A stretch of 61,357 bases of DNA, the filler included, from Sphacelaria rigidula (Eukaryota): assembly GCA_964200075.2 (NCBI GenBank). It is 7 parts of 7 records of this genome, joined end to end, with 100 filler letters (N's around TTAATTAATTAA, not from the genome) between each part and the next. Parts side by side here need not be neighbours in the genome. Positions count along the whole stretch, not along the records: positions 17,563 to 26,242 come from CAXNAA020010401.1; positions 26,343 to 35,021 come from CAXNAA020010402.1; positions 35,122 to 43,800 come from CAXNAA020010403.1; 4 more parts are not named here. One strand, given 5' to 3'. The stretch's first letter is position 1; each line of letters begins with the position of its first letter. The notes beneath the pieces were generated by a model. The model did no database searches. It had not been told where the DNA came from and worked only from the letters and a program-made list of their open reading frames with translations. A program made the position numbers and the translations under genes. Below are positions 26,173 through 38,026 of the stretch, piece after piece.

Positions 26173-26242
26173 GACTACGAGCTGGGTCAGCCAAAAAACA
26201 GATTTAAGCTCTAAAAGCAATATCTCATCGACACAGACGAGT
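26173..26242 (+). repeat. Repeat shared with 52519-52579 (both contigs break in it)
   Basis: TACGAGCTGGG.CAGCC...GATTTAAGCT.TAAAAGCAATATCTCATCGACACAG sits at the ends of contigs 3 and 6. Confidence 0.8.
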
Positions 26243-26342
26243 NNNNNNNNNNNNNNNNNNNNNNNNNNNNNNNNNNNNNNNNNNNNTTAATTAATTAANN
26301 NNNNNNNNNNNNNNNNNNNNNNNNNNNNNNNNNNNNNNNNNN
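26243..26342. other. Artificial contig linker
   Basis: N44-TTAATTAATTAA-N44. Confidence 0.99.
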
Positions 26343-26730
26343 GCCGTTGTTGGTTGCTTCCGGTATTCACTTGACCATTGTTCACGAAGCCCGCTATGGA
26401 CGGAGGGGGGGGGGGGGGGGTTAGAGGTTGCTACTGTGAAAAAAACAAAACCTGAACTACAGGGCGAAACACCCTCAAAAGCAGATTCTTGAATCTCGGT
26501 TTTTCAGCAGGGAGGATCCTGCATGAGCGGAATACCTCGTTCACAGATAGATCGCATCGGCATATTTCTAGCGACAAAAATCCCGGAACCAATAACACCG
26601 CATCAACGAGAGTGGTTTGAAAAATGAAAACTGTAGCATGTGCAATGGGGGGATGCATTCTTCGGGGGAAAATGAAGTCATCAATGTTTCCTGCAAATTT
26701 CTCCGGGTAACTGTGTGCTTGCGCTAACAG

Positions 26731-29700
26731 GAAACTGGTGAGCCTCTTGGCTGTGGATGAGGCGCACTGCGTGAGCTCGTGGGGACACGACTTCCGACCA
26801 GCGTACTTGGAAATTGGGGACTTCCGCGAAAGATATATGCCCGGGGTGCCTTGCCTGGCTGCCACGGCAACAGCTTCTCCGCAGGCAACCTTTTCCCCCC
26901 AACGCACACCGAAAACATCTTCGTGTCACTCGTTCATCTGTCGGTTTCGAACTCGACGAATATGATTTTACGTTTCACCTGTCCGGTATCCCTCGATAAA
27001 CCACCCTCACGGGAATTCAATATGGGGGAATTCCGAGGCCGTACTGTGCCGCCGCAAGCCCGTGCTAGGTAGAATGACTGGTATATCGTACAACAGATTA
27101 GGGCAAAGTCGACATTTCGAACCCTCGTGCATGCACTTGTTTCCGAGAACAATTTCCGCCCTTGCACACGTCAGGAAACAAATAGTACGAAGAAAAGTGG
27201 CGAAAGTTGACCCCATGCGTGAGTGTCGATTGAGTCCCGACGACTAAAAAGTGAGGGATGCGCGGGGAGAAAGATGGGCAATTCCCTCGAGACAACAGAC
27301 TCTTTCTGAGGATGGGGAAGGGCTGAGTGAATGGCAAGAAAAAACGTGAAGTCCTCCCACTGCGTCGGCACAAAACATTGCGAACGGTCCATCTTTTTAT
27401 CACGGAGTGTTGATGGGAAAGAGTTAACAGCGCGTTGGTCGACAAACTCAGCGGTCACTATTGAGCCTGCTGTCTTATCTACCACTGTGTTGGCATGTTG
27501 CAGCTGTCTCCTCGAAACAATTTGTGCCAAGAACCTTGGTCACGTACTAGATCCCAAGAATTGAAGAGTCTTCTCGCGCGGTTATGCTCCCATACTTGTC
27601 GGGGTCGCGTTTAGCTCATTTTTGAGCAGTTGCTACTGACGGCAAGGAAATGCTGGGCGGCCTTGCTCTACAGATCTCGCTTCCTACATTCCCCTCTTCC
27701 GCTCCATAGTGAACCCTTCTCTCGTCCTCGCACTGAAAACACCCTATATGCAGGTGCGAAAAGATGTAACGGCTCAGCTCAACATGGAAGAGCCAACGAT
27801 TCTGATCGGAGGCTTCAATCGCCCCAATATCCACCTCACCGTCCGCTACAAGGTACGCGACTTTTGTCACCCAGTAACGGTTGTCACAGGCGTGGTCCTA
27901 TCCAAAGGCCTCGCCAATCGCTCGCTAGGGCGATGTATCGCACCCGTGTTTACAATTCTACTATCATGTAATATATGGGGTACGCTGTCGCACCCGAACG
28001 ATGACGGACATTTCTGTGGCTTCTTGTCTTTTCTCTCCCGTTGTTTTTGTCAACATCGCAGGACGAAATGCAGGGGAACGAAGAGGACGATCTAGTGGAG
28101 TTTCTGAGGAACAGACCTGGGCAGGCTGGCATAATATACTGCCACAAGGTTTCCGGAATAGTTTGTATACCCTCTAATGTCTCTTGCCGCGGGCAGCTTT
28201 TTTTCTGTACGGCTACGTGGCTTGTGCATGTGCCATAGTAGCATCGCTAGCCACAAGCAGCGTTCCCCCGCTGCTTGTGGAGGAGATTGGCCAAGTACTG
28301 ATGTGCGAGTCAGTGCAGGCGGTTGCAGCGCCGTTAGGCACTTCTGTCTTCGTCTCGAAAAGCCACTGCTAGCAATGCTCTTGCTGTCAGAGCGCTGGAG
28401 GAATGAAGACTGTTTAACCGTACTTGATCACCTCACTCTTCGGCATTGTGTTTCGCCGCCAACAGGTGGACACGACGAACGAGCTGGCGGGAAAACTCAA
28501 CAGAATCCTAACTCACGATACCCCCCACTGTTCCGCGAAGCCCTACAACGCTAAGATGTCCATGCACGAGCGAAATGAAACTCAGGTCAGTACCGTTGGC
28601 CCGACCGGCCCAAGCTAGGGGAACGAAGCCGCCTTCTTCGAAGCAACCGCCAAATCATGCACGATGGACTGAGTGCCTTTCATTGTTTCGCTAAAAAACC
28701 TTCTGATAAACCTCATTTGGTAGACCGGCGATTTCTGCCGATGCGAGCCTTTCAGTACCTTTTGTGGCATTTTGCAGGCACGTATAGCCCACGCATATCA
28801 CCGTGTCGACGGTAACCCGTTTCTACAGTAGGCGTCCTCGTGTTTTGTGACGCATCCCATTTGATCGATGTTGTCACCGTGATATGTTTGTGGTAGTCTG
28901 AGTAGTCAACGACGTAATCCAGCGGGAGATCGCTACCGCCAGAAGACGAACCCACTAGTTGATATTTGCCGATGGCCGCATGGCGAATTGAGACTGAATC
29001 AATTTGAGGTCAAGGTTTTTGTGTTCCTGTACCCTTGAGCCAAAAATATGGGGCCCACAGCTCTGAAATCAACGTTTCCACTTGGGCTAGTCGCTATCCC
29101 AGGGGTGTCTCAATCTGCAATTCTCTCAAACCGTTGTTTCCACGTAATGATCCAGCAAATGTTCATGTCCGGCAAGGCCCAAGTCATCGTGGCCACCGTC
29201 GCGTTCGGGATGGGGATTGACAAACCCGATGTCCGGTGAGCATTGTCGATCGTGAGTACACAGAGGCACGGCGGCGACACTGGAGCACTTTGGGGTTGCA
29301 TCAACGCTACTGTGAGCCTCACAGGCGCTGTGTGTAAGACCTTCGTGAAACGAGCATCGTGCACCAGCCAGAATATGCACATTGATACGTCGTCTACCCA
29401 TACCTCATCCTCACGCCGCTGTTCGGTTGTTCAGTTTTGTGGTGCACTGGGACATGCCGAAGAGCGTAGAAGGGCTGTACCAGGAGTTGGGGAGGGCTGG
29501 GAGGGATGGGCAGCCCGCGATCAGCGTTGTGTACCACAGCAAACGCCATGAGAGGTGTATAAGGTTTCTGGCGAACATGAAAAAGAACCTTCATCCCAGT
29601 GGTGAGTAACCTCAACATGCTCACTCACGGATTTCACGAGTATAGAAGCGAGGACTGCGTCAACTTGTTCCGAGAACTGTTGCATTGTCGACAAAAACGT

Positions 29701-31460
29701 GCAAATCTCCGACTATTGTGGAATACTCTATCCGGAATAACTTCGTGACCGCGAACGACGAGAATTTTCTCCATCGATCAGATAACTCCCTGCGGAAAAG
29801 GAGGCATCTCCAAATAAGAAAACTGTGGGTTGCTATCCCCTTATCACTGGGTACCAATAGCCGGCAGTGGACTACGTCCACACTGGTCGCTTCGATATCT
29901 CGCTACTGCTCTGAGATTACAGTACTTGAGAACACTACTGTGTAGTAACTATGGTAGCGATAAGCACGAAGTGTGACTGCCGTAGACGTTCGCTTCGTGC
30001 TTTTTAGGGACTTGCCAAGGTGCACTACATCACATGTCGATCTTGGTCTTCATTTCTCCTCTGCCTGTACTGCTGTGGAGCGCAGCCACTGATGTGGCCA
30101 CACCCTGTCTACAATATATTTTGTCGGCTACTCGGAAAACTCCTCAATATTTGTGTCAAGTTCAATGTGCCGCTAACTTCGCCCCCCTGCAGCAACTGTC
30201 AACGCTTGATCTTCCTTTCCCGCGTAAGTGATGGGGTTGAGAGACGAAAAGCATCAGGACGCTTACCGTTATCTCGCCAGAAAGGATGATGCCATTGTAT
30301 GTCTCTTATAACGTATTTTTTCCAACCGCAAATGGTGCAAATGATTGTATCTGGCGGAAAAGTAAATAATCGGGTAAAACTACGCCTTGCAAATTAGGCG
30401 TCAGCAGATCTCGTGATAAAGTATTCTCTCCCCTTCCCGCTTAGAGTAGAAACGGTGCTCCGTCTCGAAAGATATGCGTCATCAATGGTTAAACCACTGA
30501 GGCAAGCAACAAATGAGTACGCCCCCTCCTTCGCCCCCGCTCGGATGATGTGTGGAAAGTTTTCATGTGACGTATGGAAGAAACGTAATGAGCACACAAA
30601 TGTTGGAGGATTCGATATTGGGACCAGGGACAGTGCTCCGTCTCGTAAGGGATGCGTGGTTAATTGTCGAACGACTTAGGCAAGCAACAAATGAGTGTCT
30701 ACCCCCGCTTGGATGCCAATGTCGCGCGCAGCCACGGAGGCTGTCGGAGAAATCATCGGATACTGCACTGGGCGAGACTGCCGCAGAAAAGTCCTCATAT
30801 CGCACTTCGGAGAGCTTTTACCAGGTATGATTTCATTCTTGTTGAAACAGTCAACATTGAGGCGTAACTCCAGACGTAAAGTTATCACCAATATCAATTT
30901 CGAACGACTTATGGGCTAGCCGCCCCTCGGGTCCTACACATCCCCAAGTTTGACTCTTTCATACTAGTGCTCGATCCAACCAATCCCGATGGCCATGGTG
31001 ATTAACAACATGGTTTAGTTCTTTCCAACTAGCCATTTATTGCTGCAGCTGAAAACCGTGATTGTGGACCAAAATACGCTGTATAGTACCCGAAGATTAT
31101 TGTATGACCGCGCTTTCGCAGATGACAACGACCTGACAGACAATCGATACCAAAGATTATAGTCGGTCAGTAAGAGTGTCTTCCGATCGAAGCATTGTGA
31201 TATCGATCGAAAACATTGTATGTGATTGAGGCGATGGTACCGGCTTGTTGCTTGTCACCAAGCGTGTGTGTTCGAGATCGTTGCATCTGTACTCAATTGC
31301 CCACCTTTTTCTGCAGCGTACGTGCTTTAGTGATGAAACACAAGACTTCCGCCGCCCTGACCGGAACAACGACCACCACACAGGTCAAGATTCTACTACT
31401 TGGGGTCGGTGTGACAGGTGTGACGAGTTGGGGCGTGAATGCGTTGAAGTCATGACGTGA
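26731..31460 (+). CDS. RecQ-family ATP-dependent DNA helicase, 3' part (exons 26731-26884, 27754-27852, 28062-28148, 28466-28585, 29156-29235, 29435-29601, 30732-30824, 31384-31460)
   Basis: [59 protein letters not shown] and the Zn-binding YC..DCRR..ISHFGE..CDRC motifs appear in order with consistent exon phases. Confidence 0.93.
30445..30707 (-). mobile_element. Two type-A G-tract element ends (30445-30530, 30570-30707) in a RecQ intron
   Basis: GTGCTCCGTCTCG...AGGCAAGCAACAAATGAGT..CCCCC occurs twice. Confidence 0.8.
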
Positions 31461-32114
31461 ATCAGGGCCGCATGTGGTGCTTCAAAGGTGAGAAGCGCTC
31501 ATCATGTGTATCCCCACCCAATGGTTTTGAGTGCCCTTCTGTCCAGTTTTGTCCAGTAGTTATGGATGTACTGCGTGCCTGCTCGCGTATCAGCGTGCCC
31601 TTTTTATCACCCCCTCCTCTTGGAGTAATTTTTGGTATCAGTCACCCGTAAATCGATGTTGACCCTTGCCTGAGCACACACCGCACTCTATGCTGAAATT
31701 ACTTGGCAATATTTCATGCGGGGAGTGCCTTCGTTTTCACTCTTCATGCGTGATTCCAAGTGTATCAAAACTACCTCTTTGCCCATGTTCCCCGGACCTT
31801 GGGGTATGCGTCGGCCTTAATCTGTGACTCGAAGCTAGCGGTGGTTGCTAGATATCATAGGCCTTGTCCGCTATGGTATAGAACGTGCTGGTGCGATTCA
31901 TACACGAACAGCCACAGAATGCTGAACTCACCTGCAGGTCTAGAGCAGTGTGGGATGCCCAGTGCTCCCCGCCCCTGCCCCCTTCCCCCGCCTGCGACTG
32001 ATACACGTTGTCCGGCAGGCGGAGTTAATGCAGGCTTGTATATGGAAGCGAAGAAGTCTTGGCGATGTAGATTTTGGTGTGTATGTGTGTGCATAATCGA
32101 TGGTGGCGGGAAGA

Positions 32115-32160
32115 GAGGGGGTGTACTCATGATCGTGCGTGCCGTCTTCATAAGAGCACT
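32115..32160 (+). mobile_element. Short truncated type-B G-tract element end
   Basis: GGGGGTGTACTCATGATCGTGCGTGCC... followed by another G-run. Confidence 0.55.
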
Positions 32161-33829
32161 GGGGGGAAGGGGGAGGGGGAAATCGCTCCGTGTTAGTGTA
32201 AAGGCTGTCCACATGCGCATGGAGATACAAGACTATACAATATCGAATAGAGGAAACTAGGGTCGTGTGGTAGGTTAGGGGCACCCCCAGGTAAGGGGCA
32301 CTTTTTTGGAAACGGGCAGCCCTCATGGCATCCAGCAGCCCCATCTGGGAGCGGGCAGCCCTACGGTCGCGAATACCACAAAACTCGACACCTGTGGAGC
32401 CCTCTCAACATGCACATACACAGCTGACCGTTCTGGCATCGGGGCAGGAGAGCGGGAGAGCGTATGGACAAGATGGGACCCATTTGTTTGAGTATATACA
32501 GGTGCTGCCCTGGCTGAGCCCGTCTACGTGAAAGCAAGGTATCCCCCTTGTCCGTCTCCTTGAATGGCAGAGAGTTGGTGGATGAGCAGGAAGTTGTTCA
32601 ATTGATTGCAATGAGTTGGTGAATAATCAACGGTTCTGTGGATGAGCAGTGAGTGTGAGTGTTGGTCTATGTGCGACGAGAAAGAAACTGCCTTTTCGTT
32701 CTGTCTCGTGGGTTTTGTGTGTGAGAAGCATAAGGCTGAAAGCACTACTGAATATTGTTGAGGGCGGGACATGACACGTGGCATGTCACGGAAGCTGGTG
32801 GTGTGATGTAAGCTTTGTGAGTGTACACCAATCGTTTGCAGAAAACTGTGGTCTTTGTTGGGCGTACAAAGCGATACATTGCTCCCCAGTAAAAATTGGT
32901 CCGGGCATGTCGTAATGACCCAGAGACAGAAATAACTACAAAAATAGATCTCTTCAGCGCGGTAGCGCCATCATCGACAGTTCTGTAGCCGTGACCTCCG
33001 AGGCGGATAAACGAGCACACTACGTCCCGCAAGGGCACGTAATGCCCTTCGATCAGCAGCGTATCTCCAACCTCACCGCCACAGCGATGGAACGCTTGAG
33101 TGTTTCGAAAGCAGCGGAGAGAAGCTGGTGGAGCAGGTAGCTAGGGGTGTGGTTAGGGACGAGAGGGGGAGGAGGCTACGCCAGAAAGATGGCTTGTTGA
33201 GCGTATGAAACACGCGTCATCTCGATGGCCACTTAATTCTTTTATCAACAAGAGCAGAGCGATACCAACTGGTGTCACCTGGAAAAGAGTCTGCTGGAGA
33301 TAGCCTGAGGTCTAGGGTGTGGGGTTGGAGCCGAGCGGTGGCATAAAGTTGGTCATCATCATGTGCAGCACCCAAAGGCCCCGACTTCTACGCTTGTTTT
33401 GTTTTCTCGATTTGGTCCTATCGATGTTTCGTGTTCGATATTAGTGTGTACAGTACATCAAGAGATGTCGTCAACAATCACGGCAGCGCCTCCTGTCAGG
33501 GAAACTGCGCGTCAGCACGGACTACCACTTAGTGGGCAACATTGGTCACTGAAAGTCTATGTGCAAGCAAGGCGAAGCCTCATATCGTGCGGAGTGCGCG
33601 CTAATTACAAAAATCAAGTTAGCTTCCGGATTGTCTGAATCACATAATGTCAAGCGGGTGACCTTCGCACTAATGGAGACGCGATTGGCGGACCCAAGGC
33701 CGCTAGCTGCCGTGCGAGCGTGAAGGAGGTAAGGTCCCTATACGATCGTGCCATCTGTGACTGTTGTAAGCGAAATCGATTCTCAAACCATACCGGTATG
33801 AGCGACGCATGGCTGTAGATGATGCCAGC

Positions 33830-34520
33830 TGAAGGTGGAGGAACAATAAAGGTAGCTCTACTCTTGGAGGATACTGTTTCGACAGAAGATACAAAACACT
33901 TTCGCTCAGCTACCGGAGCTTTGCTCTACGTGAGCAGATGCACAAGACCTGATGTGACAGACGCGGTCGTGGTGCGGACGACGACCATGTCCAAGCCAGG
34001 ACCGAAGGCCTCAGTAACACTGACGCGAGCCATGAGGTACTTGAAGAAGGCGATTGATTTCGAGATAAGGTACCACTCGGACATCGATTTTGGAGGAGGG
34101 CTGGTTGCACGCTATATGTAGATTCCGACTTTGCCGGAGACGAAGAGAAGGGGTTCTCAGTGACAGGCGCGATCTTCCGATTAGTAAACTGATTCACTGG
34201 ACTTCGAAATTGCAGACAATGTTCGCCACTTTAACAACTAGGGCGGAATGCGCGGCCCTGTCTAAAGCTGATCATATAACGATTCATTTGCGATATGGGT
34301 TCAGGACCATCGGGTAAGATCAACACTACCCCCGCCCTCATCTACGAGGAAAACATGGGCGCGATCATGATCGGAAGGCGAAGCCGAGTTTATCCTGTAC
34401 CAAGCACATACACATCAAATTTCACCACGTGAGATGGTCCATTGCAAACAAGACTAGCTGTGAAGCACGTCGACACCGACTTGAAGCGAGCGAATATCTT
34501 TACCGAAGTCTGAGGAAAAT
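33830..34520 (+). mobile_element. Ty1/copia LTR-retrotransposon relic (RT C-terminus and RNase H), frameshifted
   Basis: FRSATGALLYVSRCTRPDV...RYLK, YVDSDFAGD, IHWTSKLQ...TTRAE, IYEENMGA, TKHIHIKFHHVR and ANIFT motifs are spread over several frames. Confidence 0.88.
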
Positions 34521-35021
34521 AATGGTTCTACACGATCGAATTATGGTCATGGGTGTTTGAACAGCTATCCTGCAGCATGCAATAGTGCTGGTGCGCATTC
34601 TGTGTCGAGTGATACAGCCGATAGTGTGAATTTATGTAGAGCGGAGCTCGTCTTACAGGCTTCAAACTACATTTTGTAGTCGCAAGTAACCATGCAGTAA
34701 TTCTTGAGGAAACGTGTGGGAATACAGAGGTTGTAGTGCATGAACGGCCCTTGTGAGCTCTGTGTAGAATACCACGTTTTCAATATTTAAATGATTTGGA
34801 GGCGTGTTTATATTCAAGTGCCGGAAGAGCTACGGTGTCCTGAACCTAGTGGAACACTCCAAGTCTTCCAGATCTGCGCCAGCTACGGTGAGGCTGCACA
34901 CAGGTTGCACTCGGTGGCATAGCCTTCTCCATCCCATATTTTACTGCAGACATTATATAACAGGGTTGCCAGAAAAATGAGAACGTATTTTGAAATGAGA
35001 ATCAACCGCTCCCCGGGATTG

Positions 35022-35121
35022 NNNNNNNNNNNNNNNNNNNNNNNNNNNNNNNNNNNNNNNNNNNNTTAATTAATTAANNNNNNNNNNNNNNNNNNNNNNN
35101 NNNNNNNNNNNNNNNNNNNNN
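35022..35121. other. Artificial contig linker
   Basis: N44-TTAATTAATTAA-N44. Confidence 0.99.
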
Positions 35122-35184
35122 CACCTACCCACCCGAGGAAAATAGCTTGTAGGAGGCAAAATCTACGTGTAAATCATAATGACA

Positions 35185-35463
35185 GAAGCCGAGCATACCG
35201 GACAGTTTGGAACTCCCACTATTGGGATCGTTTCTGCGAATGTCGCTCATATGAGGCTCCTCATGCGGTCTAAAATCAGCTATCGTGCGCTATATGACCA
35301 TTTTCTCCGTGACAATCTGTGGATTGGTTTGGGGAGGGAAGGGTGTACTCATGATTATGCATGCCATAGGCATAAGGTTGGGGAGGGAAGGGGGGGGTCC
35401 TCATTTGTTGCTTGCCTTAGTCGTTTCACCATTGACCACGCATCCCTTTCGAGACGGGGCACC
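35185..35463 (+). mobile_element. Family C end (35185-35338) abutted by type-B (35338-35375) and type-A (35389-35463) G-tract ends
   Basis: Direct matches to the other copies. Each junction is a G-run. Confidence 0.75.
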
Positions 35464-36529
35464 GGTAGTGCAGTAGCAAAGACCGCGAGGGGAGGGGGGG
35501 GGCGAGGGAAGGGGGGGGGAGCGGCTATCGTGGCATTACTCAATTGTCATCCCTGTGTTAAAGGCCCGTGGTCACTATGGTGTGCCATGTCTGCGGTCGG
35601 CAGATTGGCGGCGAGCAATGTCTTCACGTGATCCCTTGGGCGGCACTACTGTCGATCCACGGTTGAACACTCCGATTGGTATCTCGAGTCGCACTACTGG
35701 TTACCATGCCGGAAAGCTCAACACACGATGATGTATGTATATGCACCTGAGGGTATGGCAGAATTCAGTGTGTTCAGCGTGAGTGGCTCGAATAGGCAAG
35801 GATATGTACATATCTACACGCACGGCACTGTGAGACCAAGCGGGAGTCCGAGGTCTCACAAGCGTCGTGTGCAGTGTGCATCCCACCACAACCTTTAGGC
35901 TATGTAAGGTGTGTGAAGTCAAATGAAATAACCATGAGCTTCTCAGCCGTGTGTGGTCGCAGTATTTTTTTTCAAAATTTCGCCTGCACTAGCTCGCGCG
36001 CTATATTCAACTCCAAAAGTCTACATGTGTCAAGCACTGCTGTATGAAGGTAAATGTATTTAGAGATAGACTTTTATCCTCTCTCTCTTCTACTGGAGTC
36101 TCCTTCAGTGAGTGCTTCTGCTTCATCTACCTGTGGTACATAACACTTCCTGACGACGGCTGGGTTCAAATGGAAGCAAGCGGTTCAGTCAACATGGGAC
36201 AATCAGTCAGCCATTTTCATTTTCCGCGTTTCACACACGGGGCGAAGTCATTGTCTGGCTGGCTTTGCTGGCTGGCTGGCTGTACGCACCTGCGCGTAGA
36301 GACGGATCGATTCCTCAATTCTCGTGTGATATAGGTGTACCATGGCTTGGGTGTAGGCACGGTACAGTCACGCCTGCTCGACGTACGTACAGCGTCGAGA
36401 GCTAAAGAGAATTTGGCTTGTACGGCACCAGTCCTCCGTATGCCTTCAGTTCGTATGAGTATATCCATATATTTCTATAATTTTTGGACAGGTGGTATGC
36501 ATTAGATCCTCCGCCCCTGTAAAACACGC

Positions 36530-36995
36530 CATTCACCGCGCAAGCTAGGTAACCAGGTTACCCATTTTGTTTTGCGCGCTTACGTTTTTTTCCTGGTTTT
36601 GATGATGGTGGTCGAGCTAGATCTTATTGTGCGGGATGGAAAAAGCTCAACTCCGCGCAAAGGAGATGATCGTACCACGTAGTGTGTAAATGATGAAATA
36701 CCCATGAGACAGCGTACAAGTCGTGGCTGTCACTGGAAGTGGCGATACCAGAACATGAAGCAACTAATTGGAGGCTGTCATCGAAATGCAAGATAATTAG
36801 TACGCTTCCAACGGAACAATCTTGGCAGGATGCAGTTCACCCTTCTTGCGACTCGCCGAGCACACCACGGCGCGTCGCGCTTGGTGATTGATTGCGAGCC
36901 TGGTCCGGCGAAAACCCGGCGTGCTCCGTCCCAGCATTGTTGGCATGCGAGGTCTATGGTCTTATGACTATGGCATGCAAGATGATGAGTACCCC
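36530..36995 (-). mobile_element. Longest type-B G-tract element copy
   Basis: Terminus ...GGCATGCAAGATGATGAGTACCCC. The internal part aligns with 17215-17462 and 20806-20985. Confidence 0.75.
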
Positions 36996-37050
36996 AACCG
37001 CGTTCACCCCTCCCCCTGTGCCCCCGCCTTTGCTGGCAACCATAAAAAAG

Positions 37051-37416
37051 GATAAGGTCTGCGTGTACGACCGAGAAGGGAGACTGGTCGGATCCACCCT
37101 GCTCGCCGTACCCCCGACTCAGCGCCCTGTAGTCGGAGACTTCGACGGAGACGGCGTCGCGGACTTCGTGTTCATCGGTGGACCAGAAAGGGGAGTCGCC
37201 GCGGGCTATGCCCTGGCCCCGGACCCCGGAATGAGGGCCTTGTTTGTGGGTGTATTGATGTTGATAGGAGCGATGTTGGTGGTGGCTTCGGTGTACGTGG
37301 TTCCGCCGCAGAGTAGATTTGGCGCTGGTCGTGGGGGTGTTGAGCGGTGGGGAGGAGGGGGGAAGGGAAGGGGTTACTCGGCTGCTGGAAGAAAAACGAA
37401 GCGTGCTACTGATTGA
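37051..37416 (+). CDS. Last exon of an FG-GAP-repeat single-pass membrane protein (NERD1/At3g51050-like); partial
   Basis: PVVGDFDGDGVADFVFIG (FG-GAP/VCBS Ca-binding motif), then the TM segment ALFVGVLMLIGAMLVVASVYVV and a basic tail ending KRATD-stop. GC3-rich codons. The acceptor position is approximate. Confidence 0.75.
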   Translation, partial: DKVCVYDREGRLVGSTLLAVPPTQRPVVGDFDGDGVADFVFIGGPERGVAAGYALAPDPGMRALFVGVLMLIGAMLVVASVYVVPPQSRFGAGRGGVERWGGGGKGRGYSAAGRKTKRATD

Positions 37417-37606
37417 GAATTTGAGAGGTAGGGGATGGGAGGGGCGGGGGGCTTGTGATATATATTTTTGTCTCAAGAAACAGTTGCTTGGGTTGAACCG
37501 CGACTGTGCTGAAGTTGTTTTGGTGGTTGTGGTGGCGACGGTGGTTACGGTAGCCATTGGTTCGGTTTTTCAACGGCGTTGTTATGGTGTGCGTTTTGTG
37601 TTCAAA

Positions 37607-37670
37607 GTTCCGTGTTTCGTGTTTCGTGTTTCGTGTTTCGTGTTTCGTGTTTCGTGTTTCGTGTTTCGTG
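37607..37670 (+). repeat. (TTTCGTG)n heptamer tandem repeat
   Basis: About 9 units. Confidence 0.9.
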
Positions 37671-37839
37671 TCTGCGTTTGTGCTTGTGTTTCTGTGCGGT
37701 GTCTATGTGAGCATGCGTGCAGGCTTTGGGTCGACGTGCTGTGGTGGATTGTTATTATCGAGAGCGGATGGATGACCGCCGGAAGGTGAAACTTTTACCT
37801 CCTCTGTCTCACACGTCTGTGCCGTTATGTTCATTTGAT

Positions 37840-38026
37840 CGTTTGGGTATTTCAACGCTAACGATCATCCTACAGTTGGGTTCGTTAGAGAAATAACGCG
37901 CAGACGAAGCTGACTCAGGAAAAGAAAAGAAGAAATGTTTTCGATACTAAACTAGGTCAAAATATACCCCATTCTGGCCCTTTTTGGTCCACTTACACCT
38001 CAATGTTGACCGATTTTGGACGTTTT
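37840..38026 (+). repeat. Interspersed repeat; inverted copy at 52680-52875
   Basis: About 185 bp is alignable as the reverse complement. Confidence 0.8.

Noticed and set aside
34700..35021. Polypurine tract and 3' LTR of the copia relic
   Set aside because: Two weak PPT-TG candidates and no second LTR to confirm either.
36778..37557. 259-aa minus-strand ORF
   Set aside because: Antisense to the FG-GAP exon and partly made of repeat sequence.
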